Assembly (NCBI GenBank): GCA_964234715.1
Contig: OZ174275.1
Length of the DNA stretch: 64,000 nucleotides
Source: Podarcis melisellensis
Lineage: Eukaryota
Direction: 5' to 3' (one strand)
Shown piece after piece: positions 1 to 13,276 of the stretch. Every line of letters starts with the position of its first letter. The stretch's first letter is position 1. Both the position numbers and the translations under genes were made by a program. The notes under the pieces were generated by a model. It was not told the origin of the DNA. It did no database searches and saw only the letters and a program-made list of their open reading frames with translations.

Positions 1-777
1 GCAGACTATGTTTTGTTTGCAACCTTGGTTCCAAGTAAATATGCATAGGATGGGGCTGCACTTGGCTTCAGAATGGAGATTAGACTCAACTAACTTGGAA
101 TTATGCTTAAAATCACAATGTTCTTTAAGTCCCATAATGATTTCCAGCTCTATTTCTAGATAGAGAGGATCGCAGCTGTCTGAAATTGCTCAAGCTGTTT
201 TCACAGATTGATCTGTTATCCGGTTTAGGTCCACACGTTACTACTTCCTGCATTTGTGAATTGCACTCTTTCTTCCAGTTTTCTAGAGCGTCTCCCCCCC
301 CTTTCTCTGCCTCCCTGCCCCCCACAAGCGATGTCTCACCTTGCAACAAGTTTCATTTTAAATGAAGTACGAGGGTACTACAGGGGTCTTGTTAAATTTA
401 TTAGCATATTGCTAGGGCAAAACTGAACATAAATCACCAGGCTGCATAAGGCCATAAAATATCCCTCTACAGCTAGTTCCAGCCAAGATTCTGGTGAATA
501 AGAGTTCATATAGGAGTAGGTATCGGTAACATCTTTCAGATCTATGTGACGTTTTAAACATCTCAGACACACAATAGGATCTATGGAAAGATTAACTGGG
601 GCTGCTCAGAAAGTGTAGCCATGGTTAAGTCTTCTCAAATATACAAGAAAAATAAAAGTGAGTTAAAAACCTTTCCTGTTCAATTTCATAATTTATATTA
701 ACCCTTTTCTCTGTAGATTGATGGAAAAGGGGGCAGACCTCATGACTCTCCACATTTGCTACTGCAGGGGTCTTGAA

Positions 778-1039
778 TGGGGTTCCACTATGTCCAGAAT
801 TTCCTGGACATACCCGGAATACTGCAGTCCGAAGCAGTGTCGGGGCAGAAATCGGCGAAATGTTCAGGAAAATTTGGACATATGGCAATGCATGTTGGCA
901 GTGTCATTTTTGCCAGTTTTCCCAAAAAATAGCTCAAAAAGTCAATTTTGTTTGTGATTTTGCCAAAAATGCTTCTTGCCAAGAAAAGCTCAAAAACACT
1001 TCTGTCCGGATTTTCACTTTTTAAATTGAGGTAACCCTA
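778..1039. mobile_element. Degenerate hAT-like MITE (TAGGGTT.CC type ends)
   Basis: Ends tggggttcc...ggtaacccta, similar flanks (..ttgaa), internal tccgga/ggaca repeats. Confidence 0.55.
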
Positions 1040-1562
1040 ATTTTGAATCCTAAATGCATTCTTTTAAAAATAAAAGTCCTGTTGATTACAAGGAGGAAGG
1101 ATCATTAGGCCAACCAGCTGTTGGCTTTTTAAAAAGTAGTTCTAAGCCATTTTCAGAGATGGAAACAGAAAAGGTTGTTATACTGATCCCATATGCTTCA
1201 AGATGCACATTAATTGGCCCTCTGCATTACTTCCTTATTGGCATTTAGATATGGAATATACTGCACTGAAATCAACAAACTTTCCTTCCAAGGAAACAAA
1301 CACAATTTGTTAATTTGTCAGTTGCTATGAAGGCTGAGAAAAGGCAAAGGTTTATTGTGCTGAGAGTTTATTCTGCTGAAAGAAGTCCTTGCCTTTGTTG
1401 CCAGAGATTGCTGTTTTTTGCCACAGTGGACTAACTCAATGACTTTGCTATACCAGCAGGGCTTAGTAACAATTATCTATGTCTATGTCTATGCAGAAAT
1501 AAGCCTTGTTTAGTTCAATGGGATTTACTCCCAGGTCAGTTAATTGGATTATGCCCAGTTTA

Positions 1563-1772
1563 CAGTGGTACTTCGGGTTACAAACACCTCGGGTTACAAA
1601 CACTTCAGGTTACAGACTCCGCTAACCCGGAAGTAGTACCTCAAGTTAAGAACTTTACCTCAGGATGAAAACAGAAATCGTGCGCTGGCGCCAGAGGGAG
1701 ACCCCATTAGCTGAAGTGGTACCTCAGGTTTCAGGTTAAGAACGGACCAGTTCGTAACCAGAGGTACCACTG
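1563..1772. mobile_element. Tc1/mariner-type MITE (CAGTGGTACC TIRs, TA TSD)
   Basis: ta|cagtggtac...ggtaccactg|ta; reverse-orientation relative of the copies at 37-39 kb. Confidence 0.9.
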
Positions 1773-1790
1773 TATTCAATTTGCTTTCAG

Positions 1791-1940
1791 CATAGAATCA
1801 AATAACTGTAGAGTTGGAAGGGACCCTGAGGATCATCTAGTCCAACCCTTTGCAATGCAGGAATATGCAGCTGTCCTATATGGGGATTGAACCTTGGCAT
1901 TATCAGCACCGTGCTCTAACCAAGTGAGCTATCCAGGCTC
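1791..1940 (-). mobile_element. tRNA-derived SINE with CR1-like tail
   Basis: Minus strand: tagctcacttggttagagc (A box)...ggttcaatcccc (B box)...ggtcccttccaactcta..gattctatg (CR1 3' end). Confidence 0.8.
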
Positions 1941-3306
1941 AGATACATACTGAAAAATATTATGAAGTGTTTAATTATACGGAATGTTAGGTTATATCAC
2001 CAGGATTCAAGCCTGTGTGTTCAGAAATGCTATTTAAAGTTCCAAAACGAACAAGAAAGGGTTCCCATTGGAAAGGGGGGGGGAAGCACACGTCTCTAGT
2101 GAATCAATAAGAGTGTTTAGAATGAAGTACAGTATGCAAGATGTTTTGATGAGTCAGTGCCAGTCATTGGTAAGACACAGAGAGACAATTTGATGAGTCA
2201 ATGTAAGTTATTTGTAACATCTCTGAGGCGGAAGAGAAGTCAAGGCCATGTTTATTGTAGCAAAGCTATAGTGCAAACAGTCAAGAAGGATGAAATGTTC
2301 TACATTTCCGGCACCCACCCCAATTAAGTACCAATGCTGAGGACAGACTATGACTTCATGTTTCTACTTTTTAAATCGCCAGAAGAAATAATGGTTGTCA
2401 GTGATACAAGGAGATTCTTTTGGTCACTCGACCCTTGAGTATCCCAGGAGCCAGTGATCTACAGCTATATTCCCTTCAATAGCACAACACCCATTGGCTT
2501 GCTCCTTTTGTGGCCGCTTGTCCCAAAACTCATTTCAACATAAACTAGGATCATATTTCAAATGTCAGGATAGCAGTACATATTTTATTGCCCAAGTTGT
2601 AAAAGACTGTAATTCACTGTCAAAGCATGACAAATAATTAAAATACCTATTTCAGATCCCATGTTATTCCTTCTCAGAAGCAGCCAAATGTGTGACTAGC
2701 TCACAGCTTCTTTGCTCTGAGTGGGAGTTGTTTTTAACAATTAATGCTACAATTCTATACCCACTTACCTAGAAGTTTGCCCCACTGAACGCAAGTTAGC
2801 ATGAATAGGGGGGAGATGTTTGCAACTTGGTCCTATGCACCAGCAAAGCATGACAATAGCCCTTAGGCTGATTCCATAACTCATATTTGCTAAGAATTTA
2901 CAAGATGCTCTATATGAGGAAATAGTGTTCTCTTTTGTATGTACTAAACCCCATATTAATCTCCTAAACAGATTAGCAGATTAGCACCCTCCATCATGCA
3001 CCACAGTTCTTGAAGATCCTCTCTCTCCCCAATTTATGGCAAGAAAAGTCCTTCCATTAGGCAACCACTGAAGTAGCAGATTACAAGTTCCATCTTAAAT
3101 GGCAGCCAAGACTTTGTAAAACAGTGAGTTTCTTTGTCCACAGGACTGTCCTAGGGAGATGATTTTACACATCTAATATTTTACAAGTTAATTCCTGTGA
3201 GCATAGCTCTTTCATAATGATAATTAAGAAATACAGACCTTGGATAAAATCCAACTCCGATCATACCTTATTTGGCAGCTTGTACTGAAATTCCATTTGG
3301 GCAAAA

Positions 3307-3307
<1 letters not shown>

Positions 3308-3350
<43 letters not shown>
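3308..3350. repeat. (TG)n microsatellite
   Basis: Direct reading. Confidence 0.98.
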
Positions 3351-3355
<5 letters not shown>

Positions 3356-5139
3356 AACTGTAAAAGCACTTTCCCTTCTATACACATGATATCTCATATA
3401 CCTACCCACCTATCAAAACTTGAGCTCTCTAAGCTGCCTTTTGCTATAGTCAACCTTTCCCAGTCCACACTGACAGACCTTATTCCACCCCTTGCCCCAG
3501 CAAGCAAACTGCTTCTTACTGCTGTTATTTGAATATATGGACAATATAGGAAACTAGTTTCTTATAATTTTCCAGACAGGCAAAGAATATGAAACATAAC
3601 ATGTTTCTAATTTATCTTTATGTAGCAGTAAAGTAAAAACAAGCAAACCCTATTTCTATTTTTTTCTATCATTTATTTATTTATCTCTCTCTCAGTATTA
3701 TTGTTCTTCATCAGCACACAGGAAGTTGGTAGTCATTGTGTTCAATATCAGCAAAGATGAATCTGGGATAATTCACCCTGCTCAGAGCGAATGGCTGTCT
3801 AGAAGCCTGAACAGGACCATGCCTTTTTGAAGGGAGAATAATGCACTGCAAAAACTTTGTTGAAGAGCCGCCCACTACTGATGCTGCTGTTGCTGCTACC
3901 ATTACTACTCTGTTACCCACTTTGCATATGCAAGAAATGTAATTTTCTGTCTGTGCAAATTAACTCAGTGGTTAAACAGCCGATTCTTAATTAAATCTGA
4001 GTTTAAAGTGCTCTAATATACAGGGAAATACAGACCTTGAATAGCATATTTATATCTGTCATCCAGAATGCATCAGTCATGGAAATGCAGTCAAGGGGTC
4101 TTAACACCAGTCTCCTACACCAAGTGGGCTAATTCCCAATGATCCTGGATCCACAATCATTAAAAAGTGGAAAAGAGCGACCAGGCCATGCAGGTCAAGC
4201 CCCACATGGCAATGCAGGATTGTTCCCTATGGCACACATTTCAACTCTTTGTCAAATTGAATGTTATGTTTCCCACACTGTGGGACTTCCATCATGTTCC
4301 TGAAGAAATGAATTCATAATCTAACAGATCTTCTCCTTACTCAAGTTCCTTCCGTTCCTTAATTGCCTCCATTATTCATTATCCCTTCATGCAATAACTC
4401 TACATTGTGGGTTGTTGTTTTTTAAGTCTCCATCATGCAGGATTGGCCTTGGCACTTAAGGCATTTAACTCTGATCAGCAAGACCAAGGTAGTGGAGTAC
4501 CCAAAGCATGATCCCAGTTCATACAATTGTATTTCTTCCTTATACTCTCAGGCAACCCACATCCCAATCTCCCCCATGGCCACAGGAGCAGGGGACATGG
4601 TGAGCCTGGCAGGATTTCAGAACTGCTACAAAAGCTGCATCTGAGGCTACCTTTGGAGGATAGAGAAGTTGGGCTGAGAGCCAGGAAGAGGTGGATTCTC
4701 TAGCTTCCATATCAGCTCCCTGTCTAGAGCAGCTTCCTTACTGAACTAACAGCTCTTTACCAAATTTTAGCCTTCCTGGCCTGGGGAAAACAGACAGGAC
4801 TAGAGGAAGAACTCATGAATTATAAGCACCTAAGTGCCTCCATTATTACTGATCTCAGAAGTTTCTGTCCCTGTCCTGTTGCATCCATTTTACATGGATG
4901 GAAGGAAAGATAGGTGTCAAACAAATTGCACTTCTTAAACAAATGCTGGGAAACACCCTCTCTTATCACCTCCTGGTCAACTTTCACCATGAGAAGTAGG
5001 AGTCGCAAGAGGTCAAGAAAGGGGTTAAGGGAAGGACAGCTGAGCCATGAGAAATAAGTTGTGGGAAGATAAGGAGATGAGCACTAGAGATGCCGGAACC
5101 AAGGCCTTTCCCCAAGAGAAGATTTAGGATGCAAAGGTC

Positions 5140-5229
5140 CTTCATGAAGTGGACTCTTGTCCAGGAACATTTCTGCTATAATAAGTTGGTTCATCTTTAA
5201 GGACATTTTTGCTGCAATTGGCTAACACC
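5140..5229 (+). mobile_element. Degenerate Penelope-like element terminal fragment
   Basis: ttcatgaagtggac..gtccaggaac...ataagttggttcatctttaagg..tttttgctgca..gctaacac resembles reptile PLE ends; recognition only. Confidence 0.4.
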
Positions 5230-5550
5230 AAGGGCCTTCTCAGTGGCTGCTCCTGGACTTTGGAACTCCCTGTCTAGAGAAGTTAGACTTGTTCCCTCCC
5301 TCCTTCTTGTCCTTCCTCCGGCAGCTGAAGACTTTTCTGTTTCTACAGGCTTTGGGGATTGTTTTTAATGAAAAGGCATGCTGTTTTTATTGTAATTATT
5401 TGTATGGTTTTAATAGATTTTATATATGTACATAGTTTTAATTCTATCAATCTTTAATTGTTTTGTTTTTTCTATGTTTTTAGCAGTTCTTATTTTTTGC
5501 ATAAGCCACCTTGAGTCCTTTTAGGGGGAAATGTGAGGTAAAAACAAACA
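5230..5550 (+). mobile_element. L2-like LINE 3' fragment
   Basis: agggccttctcagtggctgctcctggactttggaactccctg (RAFSVAAP.LWNSL motif), T-rich UTR, taagccaccttgag end. Confidence 0.7.
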
Positions 5551-7819
5551 CTACTACACTGTTGGAAATTATGTCTGATTTGTGTCATCACTTTTCAGCA
5601 CTGGTCTGAAGAGAATGTGGGAAGCTGTTCTGCAACAAGAAACAAACTAACATACTGCACATGGAGATCAATTAGCTAAAATTCACCTAACTCTGTGTTG
5701 GGTTATGGGCAAAGGTTCTCATTCTGTCATCAAAATGTGCATACCTGGGCAGATTCAGCTTTGCACACACTGTATCTCCCCTGAACATTAACATTCTAGA
5801 TTGAAGAAAGAACTTGAAGGACTGCTTCATTCTTTTTGAACTTCCTTGATAGCTCTGTTCATTTGCTCATCCTTGATTTCAAAGGATATAGTTTCTTGGG
5901 CTCCCTTCCAATCCAATCCTAGCTGTTTATTAATGGTGATCCCTGTACTGCCCCAGTACCTGAAGATCTCTGGGCAGCTTACACATACATTCTTAAAACA
6001 TAAACAGTAAAAATACATTGTAGCAGAGATAGATCAATAAAATCAGGCAGGTCTTAATACTTGAACAAAACTGTTTCGGTTGTTGTTGTTGTTTTAAAAA
6101 AACCTGTTGATTTGATCTGCATTTTGATAATTTTAGGATGGCTACTGTTTTTAACATCTGTACATATATAATACTAGTATTAATGAATATTTTTTTCCAT
6201 TTTTTTTGGTAAGCCACTTAGGACCCCAAACCATTGCATAGGTCTTAAAGGCTTCACGCCCTTGCAGAACGTTAGCCTGTTGGCAGGGGGGTCACAGGGT
6301 TTGACCAGCTAGCCCCACCCATGAAGAGTAAGAACTCTGGTACAGCTTCAGGGGCAAAGTCTATTTATCTGGAGGCTGTTGGTGGTGGGTTGCTGCTGGT
6401 AGGCTGGCCTCAGCGGGCAAGGGGGTGATACCAAGGGGCCTTCTCCCCTTTGTGTCTCTCCTTCAGGGCACTCTCTCATGGAAAAAGCTGCATCTGTGAT
6501 GACAGCATGAATGCATCTCACAAATGTGATTGGTGGGTATTTGGCGATGGTGCTGTTTTACCCTGTTTTGGTTGATTTATTGTGTTTATTGTACTTTCAT
6601 TCTCTCTCTCGTTAGCATTAATGCGTTACTCACTGCTTTGGGAATATTTGGGCCAAAAAAGTGGTATATAAATAAATCATAACCTAACAGTGGCTGTGGA
6701 TTTCTGCCATTTATTTTATTAGACATTAGAACCCTAAAATGTTTTTAAAGTCTTTTAGGGTGAGTGTTGCACAATGGGAATACATACCAACATTTAACAA
6801 AAGCCACACTGCAAAATGTAAAAACAAAAAAAGGACTCCCCCCCCCTTTTAGCTCTTCTCCCCAAGGAGTGAAAAGGCATTTTCTACATGTCTAAGGAGA
6901 CATTAAAAATAATTACGTGGAAGAGTAATAGCTCCCTTGGTTGTTTTAATGTATTTTTGTCTACAAACAGGGGAAAAAATCTCTAATCTGCTGCCTTGGC
7001 TTTGCTTGAAAGGTCTCTCAAACAAAAGTACTTCCAAGTAACTTTAGGATTATTAAGCAAAAAGAACAATGGATGTGGATTTCAATACAACTCCCTACCT
7101 TAAAACACAGACACTAGCAGATAGAATAGGGTTTAGCTGCTCAAATCTTTCACAGTAACATGAGATGCACAAAATATACTTTTGAATTTAATAGTCATCC
7201 CTCCCCAGAAAAATATATGAATGAGATCTAACATACTGTTATCTAAAGGCAATACAAAAAAGTTGATAGAGGGACACTGTTGGACTGGGGGGGTAGTGAT
7301 TATGTGACTCAAATTGTAGCTTTTATATGACAGGGGCCAATGACAAAGATTTCTTTAGACTCTAGTTTGAGGATCAGGGAGCTCTTCATGCCATGTCAAG
7401 AACTGTGTGGGAAATGACTCCATTAAATGGTGGAGTCATATCAGAAGACACTTCAGGGTGCATGGAAGGTTAATTCTAACCAAGTGCAAATTGTGGCATT
7501 GCACAAGATCACTGCAGATCACAGGACACACCTGTTTAGACATCAGCCTAGGCTTCCAGTTCCCTGGTTTCTGGAACGTGAACCACTGGGAGATAGCCTT
7601 AACAAGTTTTTATTTTAATCACTGAATTTAATTATGTGCACATCCATCTCACTAAAATTGAAATGGGTCAGGGTATGATTTTAAGCAGAGACACCATTTA
7701 GTGGAGCAAGTCTCTACCTCTATCCCATGTTCCCAGGTCAAATTCCATGTGACATGGAAGATTCCTTCCCTGAAAGTCTTCCTCTGCCATTTTTTTTTTT
7801 TTTTTTTTTTTGCTGCTCT

Positions 7820-7993
7820 TGGTGCTTTTCTTCTGGGGGGACGCAGGAGTACGCATACCCCTAAACATTTTGTGAATCTTTGTACTTTTGTCCATTTGCT
7901 GTATTTATTTTTCCCGATTTGAAGTATAAAATGGTGATTTTCCTGAGTCAAACTGAGAGTACCCCTAAACATTTTTAAAGAAAAAAAGCACCG
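7820..7993. mobile_element. hAT-type MITE (CAGTGCTTTTTT family), short member
   Basis: TIRs tggtgctttt/aaaagcaccg, perfect 8-bp TSD gctgctct. Confidence 0.88.
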
Positions 7994-9218
7994 GCTGCTC
8001 TGATTCTTCTTTTAAATAATGGTGCTTTCTGTGTTTTAGGCCTCTGGGCTGTCACTATTTTGCGGGAGAGATTTGTGCAAGCAAATCAGGATGAAGCACC
8101 TTGATTGTATTTTCATCATATTTTTTTATCAATAGATAGTCTGCATTTTATTTGTTAGCTGCATTGAACCTTTTGAAATGGCAGGATGCAGTTGATTTTA
8201 AAAGGCATTGAATAACATGAATGAACAGAAATCCCCATGTATTTTTCTGTCAGAAAAAGCAGCTCAGAAGGGGTCCAGTTTAGGACCTCATCCCTTACCT
8301 CACTGCTACAGGCCTGATATAAATCACTCTTTCTCCAAGGTGCCTTTAGCCTCAAAACAGAGTGTCTATGGACTCCATAGCTGAACTGAAATCACTTGCC
8401 ACCCAAATATCAAAATACAAAATGCTTACCTCTGATCCTAGCAGAAGTAAGGTCAACCAAAGAGACCGAAACCTACTGCCAAGTATATGCACTTATAGCT
8501 TGGGCTTAGCACTGTTGGGCAGCTGCCAAGGCACCCATCATAGCCATGGGCCCCTGACACCTCGTGGCCCTGCTTTCTTTTTCTCTGTGCAGTCACTGCC
8601 CTTTTGCTTCTCACCTTCTAAGACACTTCAGCAGAAGACAGGTGGAGTAAGGATAAGGAGAGTCTGCCTCTGGTCACCATGCCATCTGAGCCCAGTCTGC
8701 ACAGCTACCCAGATGGAGAGGGTAAGATAATTGGCAGTGGTGACTACAGTGAGGAAGAAAGGAGGCTATTCAGGCAAGGAGCCCCCAACTTTAGACTTCT
8801 TGGGTGTCCCCCCCAAATCTGAAGATGGAAGCACTTATGCTGGCTGTGCCCAGACTCACTTGCTCCAGTCTTTTGCACCACGGTGGTCATTCAGTGGTCT
8901 ACTTGCTCTCCATACAGTGATTCCTGGGTTCTTCTCTTCTCTCAGGAACAATACAATTCAGTAACTTGGACCCTATACTTCTGGGATAGGGAACACCAAG
9001 ACCTAGGGTCAAATTAATCTCTCCTGGAATTCAGGCCTCTATATCTATTATTCTCCCCAGACCACATCCTTATCAGCCTGGCTTTGCACCCTCCATGAAT
9101 GTTTCTGCCTGGCTGGAATGTGTCCTTGAACTCTAGGAACGCCTCTTGGTTGACTGGAAGGATGCTGCTGAGGGGAGTGAGTGGGTGTAGAAACTGCCCA
9201 ACTGTGCGATGACATTCA

Positions 9219-9437
9219 TATTTATTTATTTCATTTATATACCACCTTTACCTTCCAACGAGCTCAAGGCAGTGCACATGGTTCTCCTCCACATCTTTAC
9301 AACAACCCTGTGAGGCAGGGTATGAGATGGTGAATGGCCCAGGGTCACCCAGTGAGCTTCATGGCTGAGTGCGGATTCAAACCCTGGTCTCCTGGGTCAT
9401 TGCCCAACATCTTAACCATTATTCCACACTGGCTTCC
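9219..9437 (-). mobile_element. MIR/Squam3-like SINE
   Basis: caacaaccctgtgagg..cccagggtcacccagtgagcttcatggctgag..ggattcaaaccc core and (TTTA)n tail. Confidence 0.8.
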
Positions 9438-10815
9438 CACCCATTTTGTTGCTCCACCAACTTTTACCTCTGACCCTACCTACCCGTAGGATGCTGCCTC
9501 TGGAAGGTTACAAAGAAGGGAATGCAGCCCCCAGGCGGAAAAAGTTTTCCCATCCTTGCTGTGCATATATACAACTACAAGCTTGAAGACCCAGCTGAGC
9601 TAATGGGTATACTTGCACTTCCGTATACACAACGTGTTGCTTTTTATAAACGGATATTAATAGAAACAGACACAACTTTTTCCTCCTATTTCTGTGAACT
9701 GCTGACATTCTTCCAGCAAAGAGGCTGCTAAAGTATGTTTTGTACTTTCGGGCAGCAGGAAGGGGCGGGGAGAGACATTTGTGGGGGAAATAAGCGATGG
9801 GACATTATCCAAGTCCGTTCATATGAACCAGAAAAACATAGAAAAACAGCCTAGATGAAGGAGCCAAGGTGGTACCGCCAGCTGCAGGGCCATTAATTAA
9901 ATGTTCTCCGGTATGTAGCAGTAAGAATGACCTTGGTACTTGTTGAATGCAAGGAGATAACATTTACAGAGAAGCTCTGCTTGTCCTACACAGGTATATT
10001 TATCCAAGAAGTAGCTTGCACATTTTACTGCTCTCGAGGCAGTAAATTAGTTCTAATTGCAGAGATATGTAATAAAGCTGTGCTCGGCCTTCTGCAGCAT
10101 TTGAAGATTTATTTTAGGGTTTCAGCTTTGCTTTGAGTGTCCAACTTAAAAGGGAGGGGGGTGGAGAACACAAGGGGAAATGTAGGTTTTATGGATCTAT
10201 AAAATTACTCAGCTTCAGATAAATGTATGTTCCAGTGCAACTTAAACAGGATAACCAGAGGCTATGGGACTGTGGCAGGCAGTGCAATGCACTGTATACT
10301 TTTACATTACATATTTCCCTCACAAGCAGGGGGCCTCTCTGAAAGCAGACATAATGAGCGTTATCATTATCTCTTGGGAAAGGAAAATGTGGTCACCTGG
10401 AAGACACAGGAAATCTGTGTTAGCCCAGGATTTCTATTAAAACAGTGAGCTCACTAGTAATGCCTTCACAAAGCCAAATTCCTTTAATTCAGTTGCTGTT
10501 GAATTCCAGGGTTCCATGTGAACTCTTAACATTTGCCCCCCCTCTTTATTTTAGCTAAGCAAAAACAAAACAGAACAAAACATGAATGAACCAGATAAGA
10601 GGCCATGAGCTGGATACAACTAAACAGTTACACTAGAGGAGCCAACAGTACAAGTGCAATGGGGCTTTGCCTCTGCTTTCATCTCCCTAGTCAGTTCTGG
10701 GGGATCAGGAAAACCTCCAAGACAGGGCACAGGGGTCGTGTGGGGAGGACAGAATGATCAAATTAGCATGGTGTTGAATTCCACCCAGTGGAACCCAAAA
10801 TCTCAGTATGTCACA

Positions 10816-11008
10816 CAAGGGGTGCCAACTTGATTAAAATATTGAGGGGCCCCAGGTAAGCCCTGCCCCACATAATCAATCACATGACATGGTGCATGCA
10901 CACCATTTGAATAGCAGTGCCCATCAAATTTAGGGACCCCGGCCCCCTCAAATATTTTATTGGGGGGAGGGCTGAAGTCCCCTCAGCCGCTAGGAGTTGG
11001 CTCCTATG
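10816..11008. mobile_element. hAT-like MITE (..GCCAACT/AGTTGGCTCCTATG ends)
   Basis: TIR-like ends, tgtcaca(c) duplicated on both flanks; relative at 36856-37054. Confidence 0.75.
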
Positions 11009-11288
11009 TGTCACACAAAAATTAGCCTATTGGTAACCTGTTTAGTATTATCTGAGATAAAACTATGTACGTCGGCCGCAATTTGTTTATGGAACAAAAT
11101 GGGACTGGCAAACAAAATGTTGCAGCAAATCCTCACCTCCTAGCAGAAGTGCTTCTGTTTTGAGAGTGCCAGCTAGCTATGCCCTCATTTAGGACACAGC
11201 CTTCCAACATCAACACCATTTCCCATTATTCTGGCCCACAGTGTAGTAGGGTTTTAATGATTCTCAATAGTGCAGGGAACCTTCATCA

Positions 11289-11453
11289 CATAGCTGTCAA
11301 CTTTCAGATTTGAAAATAAGGGATCAGCAGCCTCACCTGTCCCGGGGACTGTCTACGGGATATCTAACAATCTGGGATAGCAGCAGGAAGCAGCAGGAAA
11401 CGGCGCTGGAATAAGGGATTTCCCGCCAAAAAAAGGGAAGGTTGACAGCTATA
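11289..11453. mobile_element. hAT-type MITE, intact (CATAGCTGTCAAC family)
   Basis: 13-bp TIRs, perfect 8-bp TSD cttcatca. Confidence 0.9.
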
Positions 11454-12299
11454 CTTCATCATGGAAAAGGCACAGAGAATTTGTGCAGCAATGGCCCCAT
11501 GGCCCCACTGTATGAATGTTCCCTTTTACCTCCATAATTCCTGAAAAGGAGTATTCTCAGGATAAAATGAGGGTGGTGTGGGACACAGAAGGACAAAGAC
11601 CTTGGAAGATGTACTCTGACCTGAAGTCTTTGGGAAAAGACAATATGTATATTTAATTAATGAATAACACTCCCCAAAATGTTCCATAAAGGGCTACTGC
11701 AACAGTGTTCCACACCTTCAATCTGCCAAGCAGAATTTAGCCCCTTTTAGCACGTCATTGTTCACCAACAGTGTTGCAGAAGTTGGGTACTTGCCCACCC
11801 ACAATGATCCCATAACTGACTGGTGGAGCTCCGCATCTCCAGTTGGGAATAACAAGTACAATGTAAGAGATTAGGATATAAAATGAAAATTTATTGCTTC
11901 CAGTTATTGCCCTAATCTTTTTACCTTTAGCGGCACATCTGTCTTCCACACATTTTAGCACCAGAAACGCATATAAAACTTTTTTTTTTTTTTTGCACTG
12001 CACAATTTTGGAATGTTACTTTGCATCTCTTCTCTGATCTCCAAGAATCTGCTTATTTTTAGGAACAGAGTGAGAAAACAAGGCTGAACTTCTTCAAAAT
12101 GGTCAGTGTATGCCTGCAAACAGCAATCCCTTCCTCTGCCAGCACAAGCCTTTTTTTATTGCCAGAAATAAAGTGTACAGAGTGAGACAGAGCCCCACTG
12201 AAAAGTTCATAAAAATTAGACCACTCCTTCTGAGGCATACTAGTGCATACTGGTTCAGCAATGTGCAGGCAAGCCAATGGGAAAAACTAGGAAAAACTA

Positions 12300-12651
12300 G
12301 GGACGCGGGTGGCGCTGTGGGTTAAACCACAGAGCCTAGGACTTGCCGATCAGAAGGTCAGCAGTTTGAATGCCCGCAATGGGGTGAACTCCCGTTGCTC
12401 GATCCCTGCTCCTGCCAACCTAGCAGTTCAAAAGCACAACAAAGTGCAAGTAGATAAATAGGTACCACTCCGGAGGGAGGGTAAACGGCATTTCTGTGTG
12501 CTGCTCTGGTTCGGCAGAACCGGCTTAGTCAGGCTGGCCACATGACCTGGAAGCTGTATGCCTGCTCCCTCGGCCAATAAAGCGAGATGAGCGCCGCAAC
12601 CCCAGAGTCGGTCACGACTGGACCTAAAGGTCAGGGGTCCCTTTACCTTTA
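12300..12651 (+). mobile_element. Sauria SINE, full length
   Basis: gggacgcgggtggcgctgtgggttaaacc head, (acctttt)-type tail, TSD aggaaaaacta. Confidence 0.93.
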
Positions 12652-12961
12652 GGAAAAACTAGTGTAGCAACTGGGTATAAGTGAGCTGAGAGCACCAACT
12701 ACTTCCTAAATTCTCTTTACCCTTCAGAATCGGTGCCTGGTCTTCATTTTTAAATGGGGCGTTCTTATCTCTAGTTAGTACTTGAACTTAGCACTTAAAT
12801 CCATGAAGGAAGCTTGGGTCACTCCAATGACCCCGTTGAAATGAGGTGGGGGTCAAAATTGAAAAGATCCATTTGGGGGCACCAAAATTTGGTCTTGCAC
12901 AAGGCGCCATATTACAAAAGATTACTGCAGTCTGCTCCTGCTGCCAACCTCTGGAACAATC

Positions 12962-13276
12962 CAGGGACGCGGACTTATAAAAAATATTGGGGGGGCCCGG
13001 GAAAGCTCATGAATAATAAATAAGCTCATGAATATGCAAATAAAGTGGCGCCGCCTCCTCGTGATCAGCTCCAAAGGAAATTGGGTGGAGCTTTTGCTCG
13101 GGAGGGAGGGCAGGAGGCATGCAGCCCGCCCCTCCCTGTGCATTTTGGGCTGGGGGAGGGGCGGCGATGGCGCTCTGCTGGAGGGGCGCCGGAGATTATT
13201 GGGGGGGCGGAGCCCCCCCAAACGAATTTTTGAGGGGGCTCGGGCCCCCTCAAGCCCCATGGAGTCGGCGCCTATG
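12962..13276. mobile_element. Young GC/CpG-rich hAT-type MITE
   Basis: Perfect 8-bp TSD gaacaatc, imperfect TIRs cagggacgcggact/agtcggcgcctatg. Confidence 0.82.

Noticed and set aside
5140-5185. Hammerhead ribozyme in the Penelope-like fragment
   Set aside because: A stem II (tggac/gtcca) is visible, but the core CUGANGA and GAAA read ttcatga and gaac, so it is decayed.
5827-5960. Possible minus-strand terminal exon (YWGSTG...KEVQKE*)
   Set aside because: Weak acceptor, no recognisable homology and no partner exons found.
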